From an uncultured Gammaproteobacteria bacterium (GTDB lineage: Bacteria > Patescibacteriota > Microgenomatia > Levybacterales > GWA1-39-11), in contig CAZDED010000007.1 in assembly GCA_964504535.1 (NCBI GenBank), positions 12,353 through 76,352 of the forward strand: 64,000 bases of DNA, read 5' to 3'. Shown here in pieces: positions 48,514 through 58,339 of the stretch. The position numbers were made by a program, and so were the translations under genes. Every line of letters starts with the position of its first letter. Position 1 is the first letter of the stretch. The notes below the pieces were generated by a model. That model saw only the letters and a list, made by a program, of their open reading frames with translations, was not told the DNA's origin and searched no databases.

Positions 48514-48938
48514 GCGTATACTCGTTAGGCTTGAGGTTAGAGAAGGCAGCTTTCATAAATTCTCCCCCAAATTTCCAAAAGCTCTCTTCCCTGATCTTGA
48601 AGATTAGGAAAGTAGTATGAAGCAGACTATCCAATAGCTGGATAACTTTGCTTATAAGTACCACTTTGTTCTTTGACAATTGGTATACAGAAAAATTATT
48701 TCGGTTGACACTTTGGTGTCGGATTGAGCGTTCCGTTGGCATGAAAGCTGCACAACGGGCCGCTCAACCCGGCACTGTAAGTTACAACCGGAAAAACAAC
48801 ACTAAGGAGAAGAACATATTGGAGGCTCGATCTCCGCCCACCATTCCCCAACCGCAAGGCTGGGTCAAAAGAATGTAAGCGGTATCGTCCGCCTACATTC
48901 TTCCACTAAGTCAGAGTTCAGTTCCGGAGGAAAACACC

Positions 48939-49949
48939 TTGTCCAAGACTTGGATCGCTATCACCTCCATCGTTCTGACGATGGCCGTGATGATCGGTGG
49001 AGGCTGGGTTATCGCCCACCTTCCTAGCACGTCCGCCAACGCGGACGGCCCCGACGGAAGCCCCACGGCTTCCGCCACCGCGACCGTCACTGCGACGGCC
49101 ACCCAGACGCCCACTCCGGGCACCGACAAGAAGGACCAGCCGCCGGTGCCAAGCGCCGTCTGCCGGCTCGACAAGGTGGGCACATTCGCCGAGGTATCCT
49201 CGGCTGGCCCACAACGCATCGAAGTTGGCGGGGGGGGAACCCAGCACGTTGACTTCTATCCTGACCGCGGTGTCCCATCCGTTTCCTACATCGTAGGACC
49301 CGGTAAGGTCATAGTGGCACATGGATTTGGGAGCATCTGGGAGGGCAACCTTCCGGACTGTGCTCAGTTCAAATGGGTCGCCGATGCGACCGAATACGCT
49401 CTCGGCAACGTGGGCAACAATCGGCCGGACCGGCTTACGAAAGGTCACAGCGGCATCGTCATCGACATGAGGAGCAATCCTCCTGAAATCGTTGCGAACG
49501 CTCTCGGCCTCAACACGGCGCAGATCGTAAATCTGCTCGCAAAGCACGTGAAGGGAATGGAACTCACCGATAGCCAGAAGCAAATGCTGATGACTATCCG
49601 GATGGCCGCCGGCGTCACAACGCCTGCCGCCGGATCCAATACTGCTACGTGCAGCGAAGGTACCCGCGCCGACCACAAGCCGGCCAAGGATACCGCGTGG
49701 GACATTACGCCTACAGACTCCTTCCGCGTGGTCAACGTCTGGTCCAACCAGCGTGACCCCAACCTGGGAGACCACAAGCTCCTTCTCAAGCCTGGTGAGA
49801 GCGCAAGCCTCATGGGCGGCGGCGGTGCCGCCTGGTCCTTCCCGGCAAGCTGTGGCGACGCTGCCCAGGCCGCCTATGAGGCCAATACGAACCCGGCCAT
49901 AAGCCTGGCTCAGTACAAGGCCTACGTCGAAAAGGGCACCATGCCCTAG
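48939..49949 (+). CDS. hypothetical membrane-anchored protein in high-GC island 4 (N-terminal TM, Thr/Pro/Ala linker, C-terminal domain)
   Basis: 336 aa with strongly GC-rich codons (about 65% GC region). The strand was chosen because it gives TM, linker and globular domain; the antisense ORF looks like noise. Confidence 0.4.
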   Translation: MSKTWIAITSIVLTMAVMIGGGWVIAHLPSTSANADGPDGSPTASATATVTATATQTPTPGTDKKDQPPVPSAVCRLDKVGTFAEVSSAGPQRIEVGGGGTQHVDFYPDRGVPSVSYIVGPGKVIVAHGFGSIWEGNLPDCAQFKWVADATEYALGNVGNNRPDRLTKGHSGIVIDMRSNPPEIVANALGLNTAQIVNLLAKHVKGMELTDSQKQMLMTIRMAAGVTTPAAGSNTATCSEGTRADHKPAKDTAWDITPTDSFRVVNVWSNQRDPNLGDHKLLLKPGESASLMGGGGAAWSFPASCGDAAQAAYEANTNPAISLAQYKAYVEKGTMP

Positions 49950-50112
49950 ACATGAGTACCTCTGTATACCAAGCTCGGGATGCCCCCTACTGGGGGGCAT
50001 CCCGGCACAAGAGGGGAGGCGCTAACACCGCCTTCGAAGAACAAACCGGGCTTGCCCGGCAGAATGCTTCGGAGTCGATTGCCTCCCCCCTTTCCCCCTG
50101 TACATAAATATT

Positions 50113-50343
50113 TTGTGTATAGAGCCGAAAGGTATGAAAATTTTACAAATTACAGTAATTGCACTTATAGGAATAGGCCTCATTGGGGTCATATATTTCC
50201 TTGGTTCAAAGCATATCCGCAATGAAGCGATTGACAAATGTTTGGCTTCCGGAAAGACGCAATTTGTGAGAGATGGACAAACGCTTACTGGTCCTGATGG
50301 ATACTGGTACCAGTTCTGCATGAAAGAAAAAAACATTAAATAA
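50113..50343 (+). CDS. small single-TM protein (likely start MKILQITVIALIG at 50134)
   Basis: 69-76 aa with one hydrophobic helix, directly upstream of the GT2 gene. Confidence 0.3.
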   Translation: MCIEPKGMKILQITVIALIGIGLIGVIYFLGSKHIRNEAIDKCLASGKTQFVRDGQTLTGPDGYWYQFCMKEKNIK

Positions 50344-50348
50344 GCCGT

Positions 50349-51236
50349 ATGAAAAAACCTTTAATATCAGTCATCATGCCCGTCTACAATGCAGGAAAAT
50401 ACCTAAAACCTGCGATTGATAGTATTTTGGCACAAACATTTCAAGATTTTGAACTGATTCTTATCGATGATGCATCCTCAGATGGTTCACGTGAAATATT
50501 GGAACAATATAAAAGACGGTTCCCATTTAGAGTTAAAGTCATAGAATTACGCAAAAACCTGAATTGCGGGGGAGATAGATGTGCCAATGAAGGACTGAAG
50601 ATTGCAAAAGGAACATTTATCGCCAGAATGGATGCTGACGATGTAGCTCATAAAAGCAGACTTCAAAAACAAGTTGAGTTTCTCAAGAAGAATAAAGATG
50701 TTTTCTTGGTGGGTTCAAATGCGTATGTGATTGATAAAAAAGGAAAAATAATTGGTGAAAAAAATGAACCATCAACCCACAAAGAAATATATAATTCCTA
50801 TTTCTCTTTTCACCCACTTATCCATCCCACGTGCATGATGAGAAGAAATTTCAAGAATAAAAAATTTAGCTACAAACTTTCATACAATGCAAATAACGAC
50901 TACCTGACTTTCTTTACTCTTATCTGTAGTGGTGCAAAATTTGCCAACCTCAAAGATAAGCTCTTGTACTATAGAATTCATGGAAAGAACGATACATTTG
51001 TCCACATGAAGCAAAAATTCGTAAATACCATGAAAATCAGAATAAAAATGATATCAAAACATGGATACAGACCAAGCAAACGAGCTGTTGCTTTGAGTAT
51101 TCTCCAAACAACCGCATTTTTGTTACTTCCCGAAAAAGTGCTTTTCAATATGTACCTTACGAGCCGCGGGATCATAAAAAGACCGGTATTTAATTTTTCA
51201 TATAAAAATTTTGTATCAGTGAGACTTAGTGCCTAA
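50349..51236 (+). CDS. family 2 glycosyltransferase
   Basis: 295 aa. SVIMPVYNAGKYL, the DxD motif LILIDDASSDGS and RMDADD are classic GT-A/GT2 signatures. Confidence 0.8.
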   Translation: MKKPLISVIMPVYNAGKYLKPAIDSILAQTFQDFELILIDDASSDGSREILEQYKRRFPFRVKVIELRKNLNCGGDRCANEGLKIAKGTFIARMDADDVAHKSRLQKQVEFLKKNKDVFLVGSNAYVIDKKGKIIGEKNEPSTHKEIYNSYFSFHPLIHPTCMMRRNFKNKKFSYKLSYNANNDYLTFFTLICSGAKFANLKDKLLYYRIHGKNDTFVHMKQKFVNTMKIRIKMISKHGYRPSKRAVALSILQTTAFLLLPEKVLFNMYLTSRGIIKRPVFNFSYKNFVSVRLSA

Positions 51237-54200
51237 TATGAATTTAGTTAAGAAAATATGGAAAAACTTCTCATACCCCCTGCTTCTCATAGTCATTGAA
51301 GCAGTACTTTTTGCGGCAAACTACACTCCAAAAACATTCCTCATCGGCTGGGACAATGTAATGCCTGAGTTCAATCTGAGGTTAAATTACCTCAGAGCTT
51401 TAAGTGCAGTATGGCAAGACTATAGAGGGCTTGGAACATTGGACGGGATGGCACATGCTGCCAATCTCTTCCACGTTATATACATTAACATTCTTAGTTT
51501 CTTCCTGCCTCAAAACTTGCTTCGCTACTCATTTATTGACCTTACCCATCTTATTGGTGGAATCGCTTTTTACTTTTTAGCTGTAAAGTTATTTAAAAAC
51601 AAACATGGAGCATTTTTAGGAGCTCTCTTTTACCTTTTCAATCTTGGGGTTATCCAAATGTACTTTGCACCCCTTGAGGTGTTTACAATGCACTTTGCCG
51701 CACTTCCCGTGATGGGTCTTGCGATACTCAACGCATTAAAGAAAAAGTCTAAAACCTCCTTATTTGTTCTTGGAGCGGCAAGCCTACTTACAACTCCGCA
51801 GGCTTTTGTTCCAACAGTATTTATCTCCTACTCACTTTTTGTTGCCCTACTTGTGGTTTTTTCATTCAAAAAAACCTTGATCAATAGATTTATTCTAATT
51901 TTAGGAATTCTCTTTATTACCAATGCTTTTTGGTTGCTTCCTTTTTCATATACTGCCGTTTTTAAATCGAAAGTCATCCAAAACACAAGGATCAATGAAT
52001 TCTCATCTGAAGAGATCTATTACCGCAACAAAGCAAAGGGTACTCTAACTGACGTGATGACTCTTAAGGGATTTATGATAGATACTATCGAATATGATTC
52101 ATTTAAGAAAGGAAATTTTAACTTCATGCAGAAGTGGCTTGACCAAACAAAAACTGTCCCATTTACAGTAATTTCAACAATTATCGCAGGGCTTATGATA
52201 CTTGGGTCATTTCTTGTCATCCGCTTCAGACTTAGGTCTCTCTACCCTTTTTTGGCTACAAACCTAATCTCACTCGTTCTTCTTGCCAATAATACTCCTG
52301 GCTTGACAGTAATTAATGACGGGCTAAGGACAATTTTCCCACTTTTTGGTGAGGCCTTCCGCTTCCCATTTACTAAGTTCATTACAGTTTTTGCATTTAC
52401 ATACGCTATGCTTTTTGGACTTGGTGTGAGTTTTGCCATCAAATTTTTTCTCAACGGCTTTTCTTCAGTCCTTAAACAGGTAGAATTTTTAAAACATAAG
52501 GCAATACTTCTATCTTTAATATTCTACATTCTGATTATCGCAATCATCTCTGCCTCAATTGTGTGGTATGCGAAACCAGCATTTACCGGCAACTTCACCT
52601 CACCATTCTTAAGGCTTTCAGTGCCTACAGACTATCAAGCCACAATGACATACTTTAATGGCCAAAATCCAGATGGAAGAATTCTAACATTCCCACTCAC
52701 TAGTTTTTGGAATTGGGAATATCGAAATTGGGGTCACAGAGGTTCAGGCTTTTTGTGGTATGGAATTTCCCAGCCCCTTCTTACTAGAGCATTTGATCCA
52801 TGGAGTAACTTTAACGAACAACTCTTCAATGAGTTTGCAACGTCTTATTCAAATAAGAATATTGCTTCATTTGATACATTACTTAAGAAATATGATATCT
52901 CATACATATTAATCGATAAGACTCTTCTGAACACTATCTCTCCAAAACCAGTTGATTATGGCGAGATTGAGGAATTTTTAGGTAAAAGCTTATTGCTCAA
53001 AAAAGATGCTTTATTCGGTTCTCAACTGATATATAAGTCAAAAGTATTACCTTCGAAGGTGTCACAATTGCCACTACGTAGTACGGTCAGTTCGTATCCT
53101 GCTGTAACACAACAGTCAATAGATGGTTTAATTTCATCATTAGGTAACTATTATGAATCAACAAACAATCCAGACATCACAACTCCCCTGCCTTCACTAT
53201 CTACATTGAAACTTCAAAAAGATAACCAATTCAATTGGATATACAAGAACAATGTCTTAACATTTAACTCAAAAAATATTCCCTTCGATTCTAAGGGTAA
53301 AAAAATCCTGCTCCCTTCTCTATTTAAGGAAGAATTTTTAATACCTGTTAACGTTTCGGCTGGGGAAAATACAGTTACCATAACACCCATATATCCAAAT
53401 GTTGTCATAAATGGTAAAAGCTTGACGGTGCCTGTAAAACCCATTGTTATCCATACAGAAAATGTCATCTATCCAACCAAAATAAGTTTTGTAGATACCA
53501 ACAATACTGTCGAAATTGGTGAAAATATCAATAGTTTTCTTCTGAATAACTTTACCAACACCATAAAAATTAGTGATGGGATCAATGAAGAATATGCGAC
53601 TATAGATACAACTATTATTGATAAGTCGCCTGTAATCTTTGACCTTCCTACTGACAAAATAACTACATTTGAAATTTCAGTGCCAACTTTTGATACTGAG
53701 CTTGGTAAGGCAAATTATGTGAAGAACAAGCAGTACATCATCACAAAAGCATCTGATCAGTCAAAGATCAAAAACAACGCATCAAACTCAAAAACTACGG
53801 TTACCAAAAATGGTGTAAGCCTTGAGGCCATAAATGACACGACATCACTTGATATATATCTTGATACTCTATACCACGCGGCATCATATGCTGTGGTTGG
53901 CTCCATTAACCACAAAAAGGGTCTCCCTGTAAATTTTTATGTTGATAATCCTAAAGAATCAAAACCAATTCTAGAGACAAAAATGGGATCTGGTCAAAAT
54001 ATTGCGATAGTTGCCGGCACCGATACGTATTCAACAGGATACGGATTTCATTTCGGGGTAAAATCAGTAGGAAGTGAGGAGGCTAACTCACAAATAAATG
54101 AGGTAAACATCTTTCCTATACCTCAAAAGACAATTGAATCCGTACGTATTTTTAACCCAGACTCTTATATATTATCCGGTCAAACCTCAGAAAAGGATAG

Positions 54201-54654
54201 TCTTTCCTATACAAAAACAAGTGATTTCGTATTTGAGACTGTGGCCAGGAATGACTCTATCCTTGTACTATCCGAGTCCTTTGACAGAGGATGGAAAGCT
54301 TACGACACAGGAGACAGTGGACAGGAGACAGGAGTTAAAAAAACACTCGCTTCAATATTTCCGTTCATTTTTGGGAAAGAAGTAAAGTCACATGTCTTAG
54401 TCAACAACTGGGCAAATGGGTGGATACTGGATAACAAACAACAAACCTCAAACAATAAACTAAATTTAGTCTATTTGCCTCAATATCTTGAGATTTTGGG
54501 ACTTTTATTTCTTGGGATTCCGTTACTTTTTATTCTCATTTCTTTATATGAAAGATTCATACTACCTATTACTACCAATGTGGATGCATTCTTTGATCTA
54601 AAAGCCAACGCGCTTCGCAAGAAAATAAACAAAAGTCTCCATCCTAATTCCTAA
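51229..54654 (+). CDS. large polytopic membrane protein with big extracytoplasmic domain (possible YfhO-like glycan-modifying protein), translationally coupled to the GT2
   Basis: 1141 aa. About 12 N-terminal TMs, a roughly 600-aa soluble region, and a C-terminal TM. It overlaps the GT2 stop by 8 nt. Function inferred only from architecture and neighbour. Confidence 0.55.
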   Translation: MPNMNLVKKIWKNFSYPLLLIVIEAVLFAANYTPKTFLIGWDNVMPEFNLRLNYLRALSAVWQDYRGLGTLDGMAHAANLFHVIYINILSFFLPQNLLRYSFIDLTHLIGGIAFYFLAVKLFKNKHGAFLGALFYLFNLGVIQMYFAPLEVFTMHFAALPVMGLAILNALKKKSKTSLFVLGAASLLTTPQAFVPTVFISYSLFVALLVVFSFKKTLINRFILILGILFITNAFWLLPFSYTAVFKSKVIQNTRINEFSSEEIYYRNKAKGTLTDVMTLKGFMIDTIEYDSFKKGNFNFMQKWLDQTKTVPFTVISTIIAGLMILGSFLVIRFRLRSLYPFLATNLISLVLLANNTPGLTVINDGLRTIFPLFGEAFRFPFTKFITVFAFTYAMLFGLGVSFAIKFFLNGFSSVLKQVEFLKHKAILLSLIFYILIIAIISASIVWYAKPAFTGNFTSPFLRLSVPTDYQATMTYFNGQNPDGRILTFPLTSFWNWEYRNWGHRGSGFLWYGISQPLLTRAFDPWSNFNEQLFNEFATSYSNKNIASFDTLLKKYDISYILIDKTLLNTISPKPVDYGEIEEFLGKSLLLKKDALFGSQLIYKSKVLPSKVSQLPLRSTVSSYPAVTQQSIDGLISSLGNYYESTNNPDITTPLPSLSTLKLQKDNQFNWIYKNNVLTFNSKNIPFDSKGKKILLPSLFKEEFLIPVNVSAGENTVTITPIYPNVVINGKSLTVPVKPIVIHTENVIYPTKISFVDTNNTVEIGENINSFLLNNFTNTIKISDGINEEYATIDTTIIDKSPVIFDLPTDKITTFEISVPTFDTELGKANYVKNKQYIITKASDQSKIKNNASNSKTTVTKNGVSLEAINDTTSLDIYLDTLYHAASYAVVGSINHKKGLPVNFYVDNPKESKPILETKMGSGQNIAIVAGTDTYSTGYGFHFGVKSVGSEEANSQINEVNIFPIPQKTIESVRIFNPDSYILSGQTSEKDSLSYTKTSDFVFETVARNDSILVLSESFDRGWKAYDTGDSGQETGVKKTLASIFPFIFGKEVKSHVLVNNWANGWILDNKQQTSNNKLNLVYLPQYLEILGLLFLGIPLLFILISLYERFILPITTNVDAFFDLKANALRKKINKSLHPNS

Positions 54655-55345
54655 TTGCTAATTTCTAAATTCGGACTTATTCCCAAGTTATCCACATTAA
54701 ATCATCTGTGTCAATTTAGCCTATTATATCAGCGTAAATCATATTTCTCACAACTCTAGGTCTACATCATAATATATCACTTTTGTTATAGGTTGAAGAG
54801 GTTGACAAGATGTGTTATACTTTTGATAATTATGAAACTTTTTTCATTCACCACCAAAAAACGCTCCAAAAACAATAGAAGTAAAAGGATTTTTGCGGAC
54901 TATCAACAGGAGTCTATAAACAACTACGGGAAACAACAATTAAAATCACTCATCAGCAAGGGCATTAGTGTCCAGTGGTAAGTAAACTTGAGACCTTCGG
55001 TCTTAAGCAAGCATTGCCAAGATTGGTGAGGCAGGATCTTTAAAATCAAGCGCAGTTTGATTTCAAGCTTCGCTTAAAATAACGGGTTTTTGGTTAACAG
55101 TTGTCTTTCTTTCTTTGACGAGGAGAAAGAAAAAGAGCATCGCTTTCGCTACTCATAAATAAATTCAAGTACGAAAAGCAATGCTCTTTTAACTGTTAGC
55201 TATTAGTCTTTAGGCAGGGTAAGACTATGCTAAGAATCAAATTAGCAAATTCTACTCTGCGTTGTCAAGAAAAAACGATGAAGCGGATTGTGATCATTTA
55301 GATTGTTAAATGGACACTTTTCACGAGTCGTGAAAATTTCTTATT

Positions 55346-55416
55346 AAGGGTATTTGATCGGGAGTGAGTGAGTTGGGCAGGCTTTCTCACTTCCGATTAA
55401 GTACCCTTTTATTTTG
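55346..55416 (+). terminator. strong hairpin followed by T-run (intrinsic-terminator-like) closing a gene-free region
   Basis: AAGGGTA-TTTG-ATCGGGAGTGAG-(17-nt loop)-CTCACTTCCGAT-TAAG-TACCCTT is followed by TTTATTTTGGG on the plus strand. Confidence 0.35.
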
Positions 55417-55452
55417 GGAAACAACAAACTGAGGGCTTCTAGCTTCTAGCTA

Positions 55453-56949
55453 TTATTTTGAGGGGGTAATTACCTTAATTGTGCTGACTCTACCTTCAAC
55501 CATCCAGTTATCTCCGTATAGAAGAATATAATATTTACTGTCATCAAAAACCTCTATCTTTTTAAGGTAACTTATTGCATTTTTCATATCATCCAGCTTC
55601 ACAGGTTGGCCTTTTTTAAATATTTTCGGCTGTACAAAAGGGAAAACTCCATAATTTACAGTCAAACTGTCACGAACTTTCTCATTTGGTGCAAAAACAA
55701 AAATCGGAGCTTCTGCTCTATATCTTGAAAGCTTCCGGGCTGTCCTACCACCTTCTGTAAAGACCACAAAGCCACCAAAATTGAAGTTTTTCTTACGGAA
55801 CTGTAGGTATAGGTTGTATGCGGTGTCACAAAGCATTTCTTCAGCATCTACGGTTATGAAATCAAATGTGTTTCGTGTATCTTTAACGAGAACGTTCTTT
55901 TCGTTAAAAACGATAGTCTTTTTCATCATAGATACAGCCTCTAAAGGATATTGACCTGCAGCTGATTCTTCTGAAAGCATGACCATGTCGGTCAAATCAA
56001 AAGCTGCGTTTGCTATATCTGAGATCTCAGCACGTGTTGGGTATGGCTTTTCTATCATTGAGTGGATCATTTGAGTAGCTGTTATAACTGGAAAACCACG
56101 CTCCATACATTTCTTGATCATAATTTTCTGATAGTAAGGCACTTGCTCAATTGGTAGCTCTACTCCCAAATCACCTCGGGCAACCATAATTCCCTCAGAT
56201 GCATCAATAACCTCATCTAGCGCATCAATTGCTAATTTTGTCTCAATTTTTGAAATGACACGACCGGCAAATCCATTCTTTGCCATAAATTTCTTGAGAT
56301 CAAAAACATCTTGTGCAGTTCTGACAAATGACAGTGCCACAAAATCAACAGGAGAATCGGCAAATCCCTTTATTGCCTCTTTATCCCGGTCAGTAATTGC
56401 AGCTAATGGAAAATATACACCGGGAACGCTCAACGTTTTTCTTGTCTTGAGCGATCCATTAGAATGAGCCACAAGTGTGACAGCGTCTTTCCCTGCCTTT
56501 ATGACTTCGAATTGGAATTTTCCGTCATCTACAACTACCTTCTGGCCTTTCTCAAGATACGAAAGTACTACATCGTCAGTCAAAGAAAAACTGTCGTTGT
56601 CTTTTTGCTGCTTTGTTATGGTTATTTCACTACCCTTAACAATAGCAATCTCAGAACTCTGAGGAGTAACGAGTCTGATTTCTGGTCCTTGAAGGTCAAT
56701 AAGAACTCCAATTGCCCTATCCATTTTCTTTGCGATTGATTTAACAAGACTGATTTTTTCTTTATGCCATGATAGTTCGTTGTGCTTGAGGTTAAACCGA
56801 AAAACGTCAACTCCTTCTTCGATGAGTTTTTTGATCATTTCTTCACTCTCAGAAGCTGGACCAATGGTTGCAATTATTTTTGTATATTCGTGTACGTTCA
56901 TTTTCTTCATGTTTAAGACCAAAAAAGCGGCATCCATTTGATACCGCAA
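55453..56949 (-). CDS. pyk: pyruvate kinase
   Basis: About 480 aa (true start probably MKKMNVHEY). IIATIGPAS, MVARGDLGVE and the C-terminal regulatory domain match pyruvate kinase. Confidence 0.9.
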   Translation of the reverse strand: MRYQMDAAFLVLNMKKMNVHEYTKIIATIGPASESEEMIKKLIEEGVDVFRFNLKHNELSWHKEKISLVKSIAKKMDRAIGVLIDLQGPEIRLVTPQSSEIAIVKGSEITITKQQKDNDSFSLTDDVVLSYLEKGQKVVVDDGKFQFEVIKAGKDAVTLVAHSNGSLKTRKTLSVPGVYFPLAAITDRDKEAIKGFADSPVDFVALSFVRTAQDVFDLKKFMAKNGFAGRVISKIETKLAIDALDEVIDASEGIMVARGDLGVELPIEQVPYYQKIMIKKCMERGFPVITATQMIHSMIEKPYPTRAEISDIANAAFDLTDMVMLSEESAAGQYPLEAVSMMKKTIVFNEKNVLVKDTRNTFDFITVDAEEMLCDTAYNLYLQFRKKNFNFGGFVVFTEGGRTARKLSRYRAEAPIFVFAPNEKVRDSLTVNYGVFPFVQPKIFKKGQPVKLDDMKNAISYLKKIEVFDDSKYYILLYGDNWMVEGRVSTIKVITPSK

Positions 56950-57118
56950 GAACTCATTTTAATACGGATGAACTCATTTGTAAAGAGATTAGTTGAATAA
57001 CTACTAATTAATGCTATACTACGAGTCGTTTATTGGTTCTACCTGAAGTTATAAGCTTAACTTCAATAGAAGAGCCAGTAAATAGTCGATTCGGCAATTA
57101 AGAAAGGACAAAAAGGCA

Positions 57119-57394
57119 ATGGCTGTTCTTCTCATCCTGACCGCAGGTACAATCCTCGGGGTTGTAGCTGGCGTTCACCTAGTAGAGGCATTCCTTGGAA
57201 AGAGGGACCTGCTCATAACCATCATCTGGGCTGCTGTTGCTTCTGCGCTGGTAAGCTTAGGGGTTAGCCTCGAAGCTCAGCAATTGGATGCAGCATTCCA
57301 TGCAGTCATTGTGATGACTGCACTCCTGGCATCGATTGCGTTGAGTATTGGAATGCTATTTAGAGGAGTGTACTATCTCATTTGCCTCAGGTAA
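57119..57394 (+). CDS. small hydrophobic protein in high-GC island 5
   Basis: 91 aa with 3 TM segments. About 50% GC locally. Followed by a GC hairpin GCCCCACC...GGTGGGGC. Confidence 0.3.
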   Translation: MAVLLILTAGTILGVVAGVHLVEAFLGKRDLLITIIWAAVASALVSLGVSLEAQQLDAAFHAVIVMTALLASIALSIGMLFRGVYYLICLR

Positions 57395-57419
57395 TGAATC
57401 GCCGAACAACAAGCCCCAC

Positions 57420-58250
57420 CTATTTTTTGGAAGAAGGTGGGGCACCTACCCCCCCAACTATCTTTCCGAAAAATATCCTTCCAACGTCTGTCTGGATCAC
57501 TCTTGAGATTATTACCTTCACGGTTTCATCAATGAGATCCTCCCCCTCTTCAACAACAACCATAGTTCCATCAGGCAAATACCCTACTCCTTGCCTATCA
57601 CCTTTTCCTTTTTGAATAACTTTTATAAAAAAGGCTTCTCCCGGAAGGGCTGTCGTTTTTAGGACGTTTGCCATCTCGTACATGTCAATTGCGGTGACTC
57701 CCGAGATTTGTCCTTTTTTTGAAAGGTTGAAATCACAGGTGATAATTTTGCCCTTTGTCTTTTTAGCAGCTTCGATGATACGCTCATCTACAGGTTTTTT
57801 TATACTAGAATCGTCATACGTCTCAAAAAGAATTCCTTTGCTTTTTCTGAGAATTTCAAGCAGGGTCAACCCTTTTCTCCCCCGCTCTTTTTTCAATTCA
57901 TCTTTTGAATCGGCAATATGCTTTAACTCATCCAAAACTCCGTCTAAAACAACAAAGGTTCCGGTAAAAACTCCTAAACGAATTAGCTCAAAAACTCGTG
58001 CGTCAATAATTGCTGACGTATCTAAAAATAATGGGTTATCGAGTTTTTTTTGTGAATCAGGGGCTGAAGGTGCTCTTTTGAGCCTATTTGAAACCCTCAT
58101 TGCTACCTCTTCTGCAATTTGACTAACAACGCGCTGTGGAAGTAGGATTCCCTCAAGGATTCTGTTCGCTTCATGTACATGAGGGACTACTGTCCCTTTT
58201 GTAGATTTTTTAACAACTTTCTTAGTTGATTTATTATTTTCCTTAGCCAT
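57420..58250 (-). CDS. PIN + TRAM domain protein (YacL-like)
   Basis: 276 aa. PIN motif LFLDTSAIIDARVFELI, and a C-terminal TRAM-like barrel (GEAFFIKVIQKGKGDRQGVGYLPDGTMVVVEEG). It sits immediately downstream of radA, as in Firmicutes. The last ~20 codons run into GC island 5. Confidence 0.7.
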   Translation of the reverse strand: MAKENNKSTKKVVKKSTKGTVVPHVHEANRILEGILLPQRVVSQIAEEVAMRVSNRLKRAPSAPDSQKKLDNPLFLDTSAIIDARVFELIRLGVFTGTFVVLDGVLDELKHIADSKDELKKERGRKGLTLLEILRKSKGILFETYDDSSIKKPVDERIIEAAKKTKGKIITCDFNLSKKGQISGVTAIDMYEMANVLKTTALPGEAFFIKVIQKGKGDRQGVGYLPDGTMVVVEEGEDLIDETVKVIISRVIQTDVGRIFFGKIVGGVGAPPSSKK

Positions 58251-58339
58251 ATTTTCTATTAACTGATATTTATATTTATTAATTGTTAGAATTTTACGTA
58301 TAATAAGCTTAAATTTAACTGAATCCTTACTCCTGTATT

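Noticed and set aside
48918-50000. 360-aa minus-strand ORF in high-GC island 4 (also 7148-8026 plus, 15240-15644 plus, and 1719-2006 minus in the other islands)
   Set aside because: Long open frames on every strand are expected in roughly 60-65% GC DNA. These are Arg/Gly/Cys-rich with no signal, TM or domain logic. The opposite-strand ORFs have coherent TM/linker/domain structure.
54982-55452. tmRNA or RNase P RNA in the long gene-free stretch
   Set aside because: I looked for a tRNA-like T-loop/acceptor (GGTTCGA...CCA), for a tag-ORF, and for the RNase P P4 motifs (AGGAAAGTCCGG / ACAGAA). None were present. The region is left as an unclassified candidate ncRNA region.
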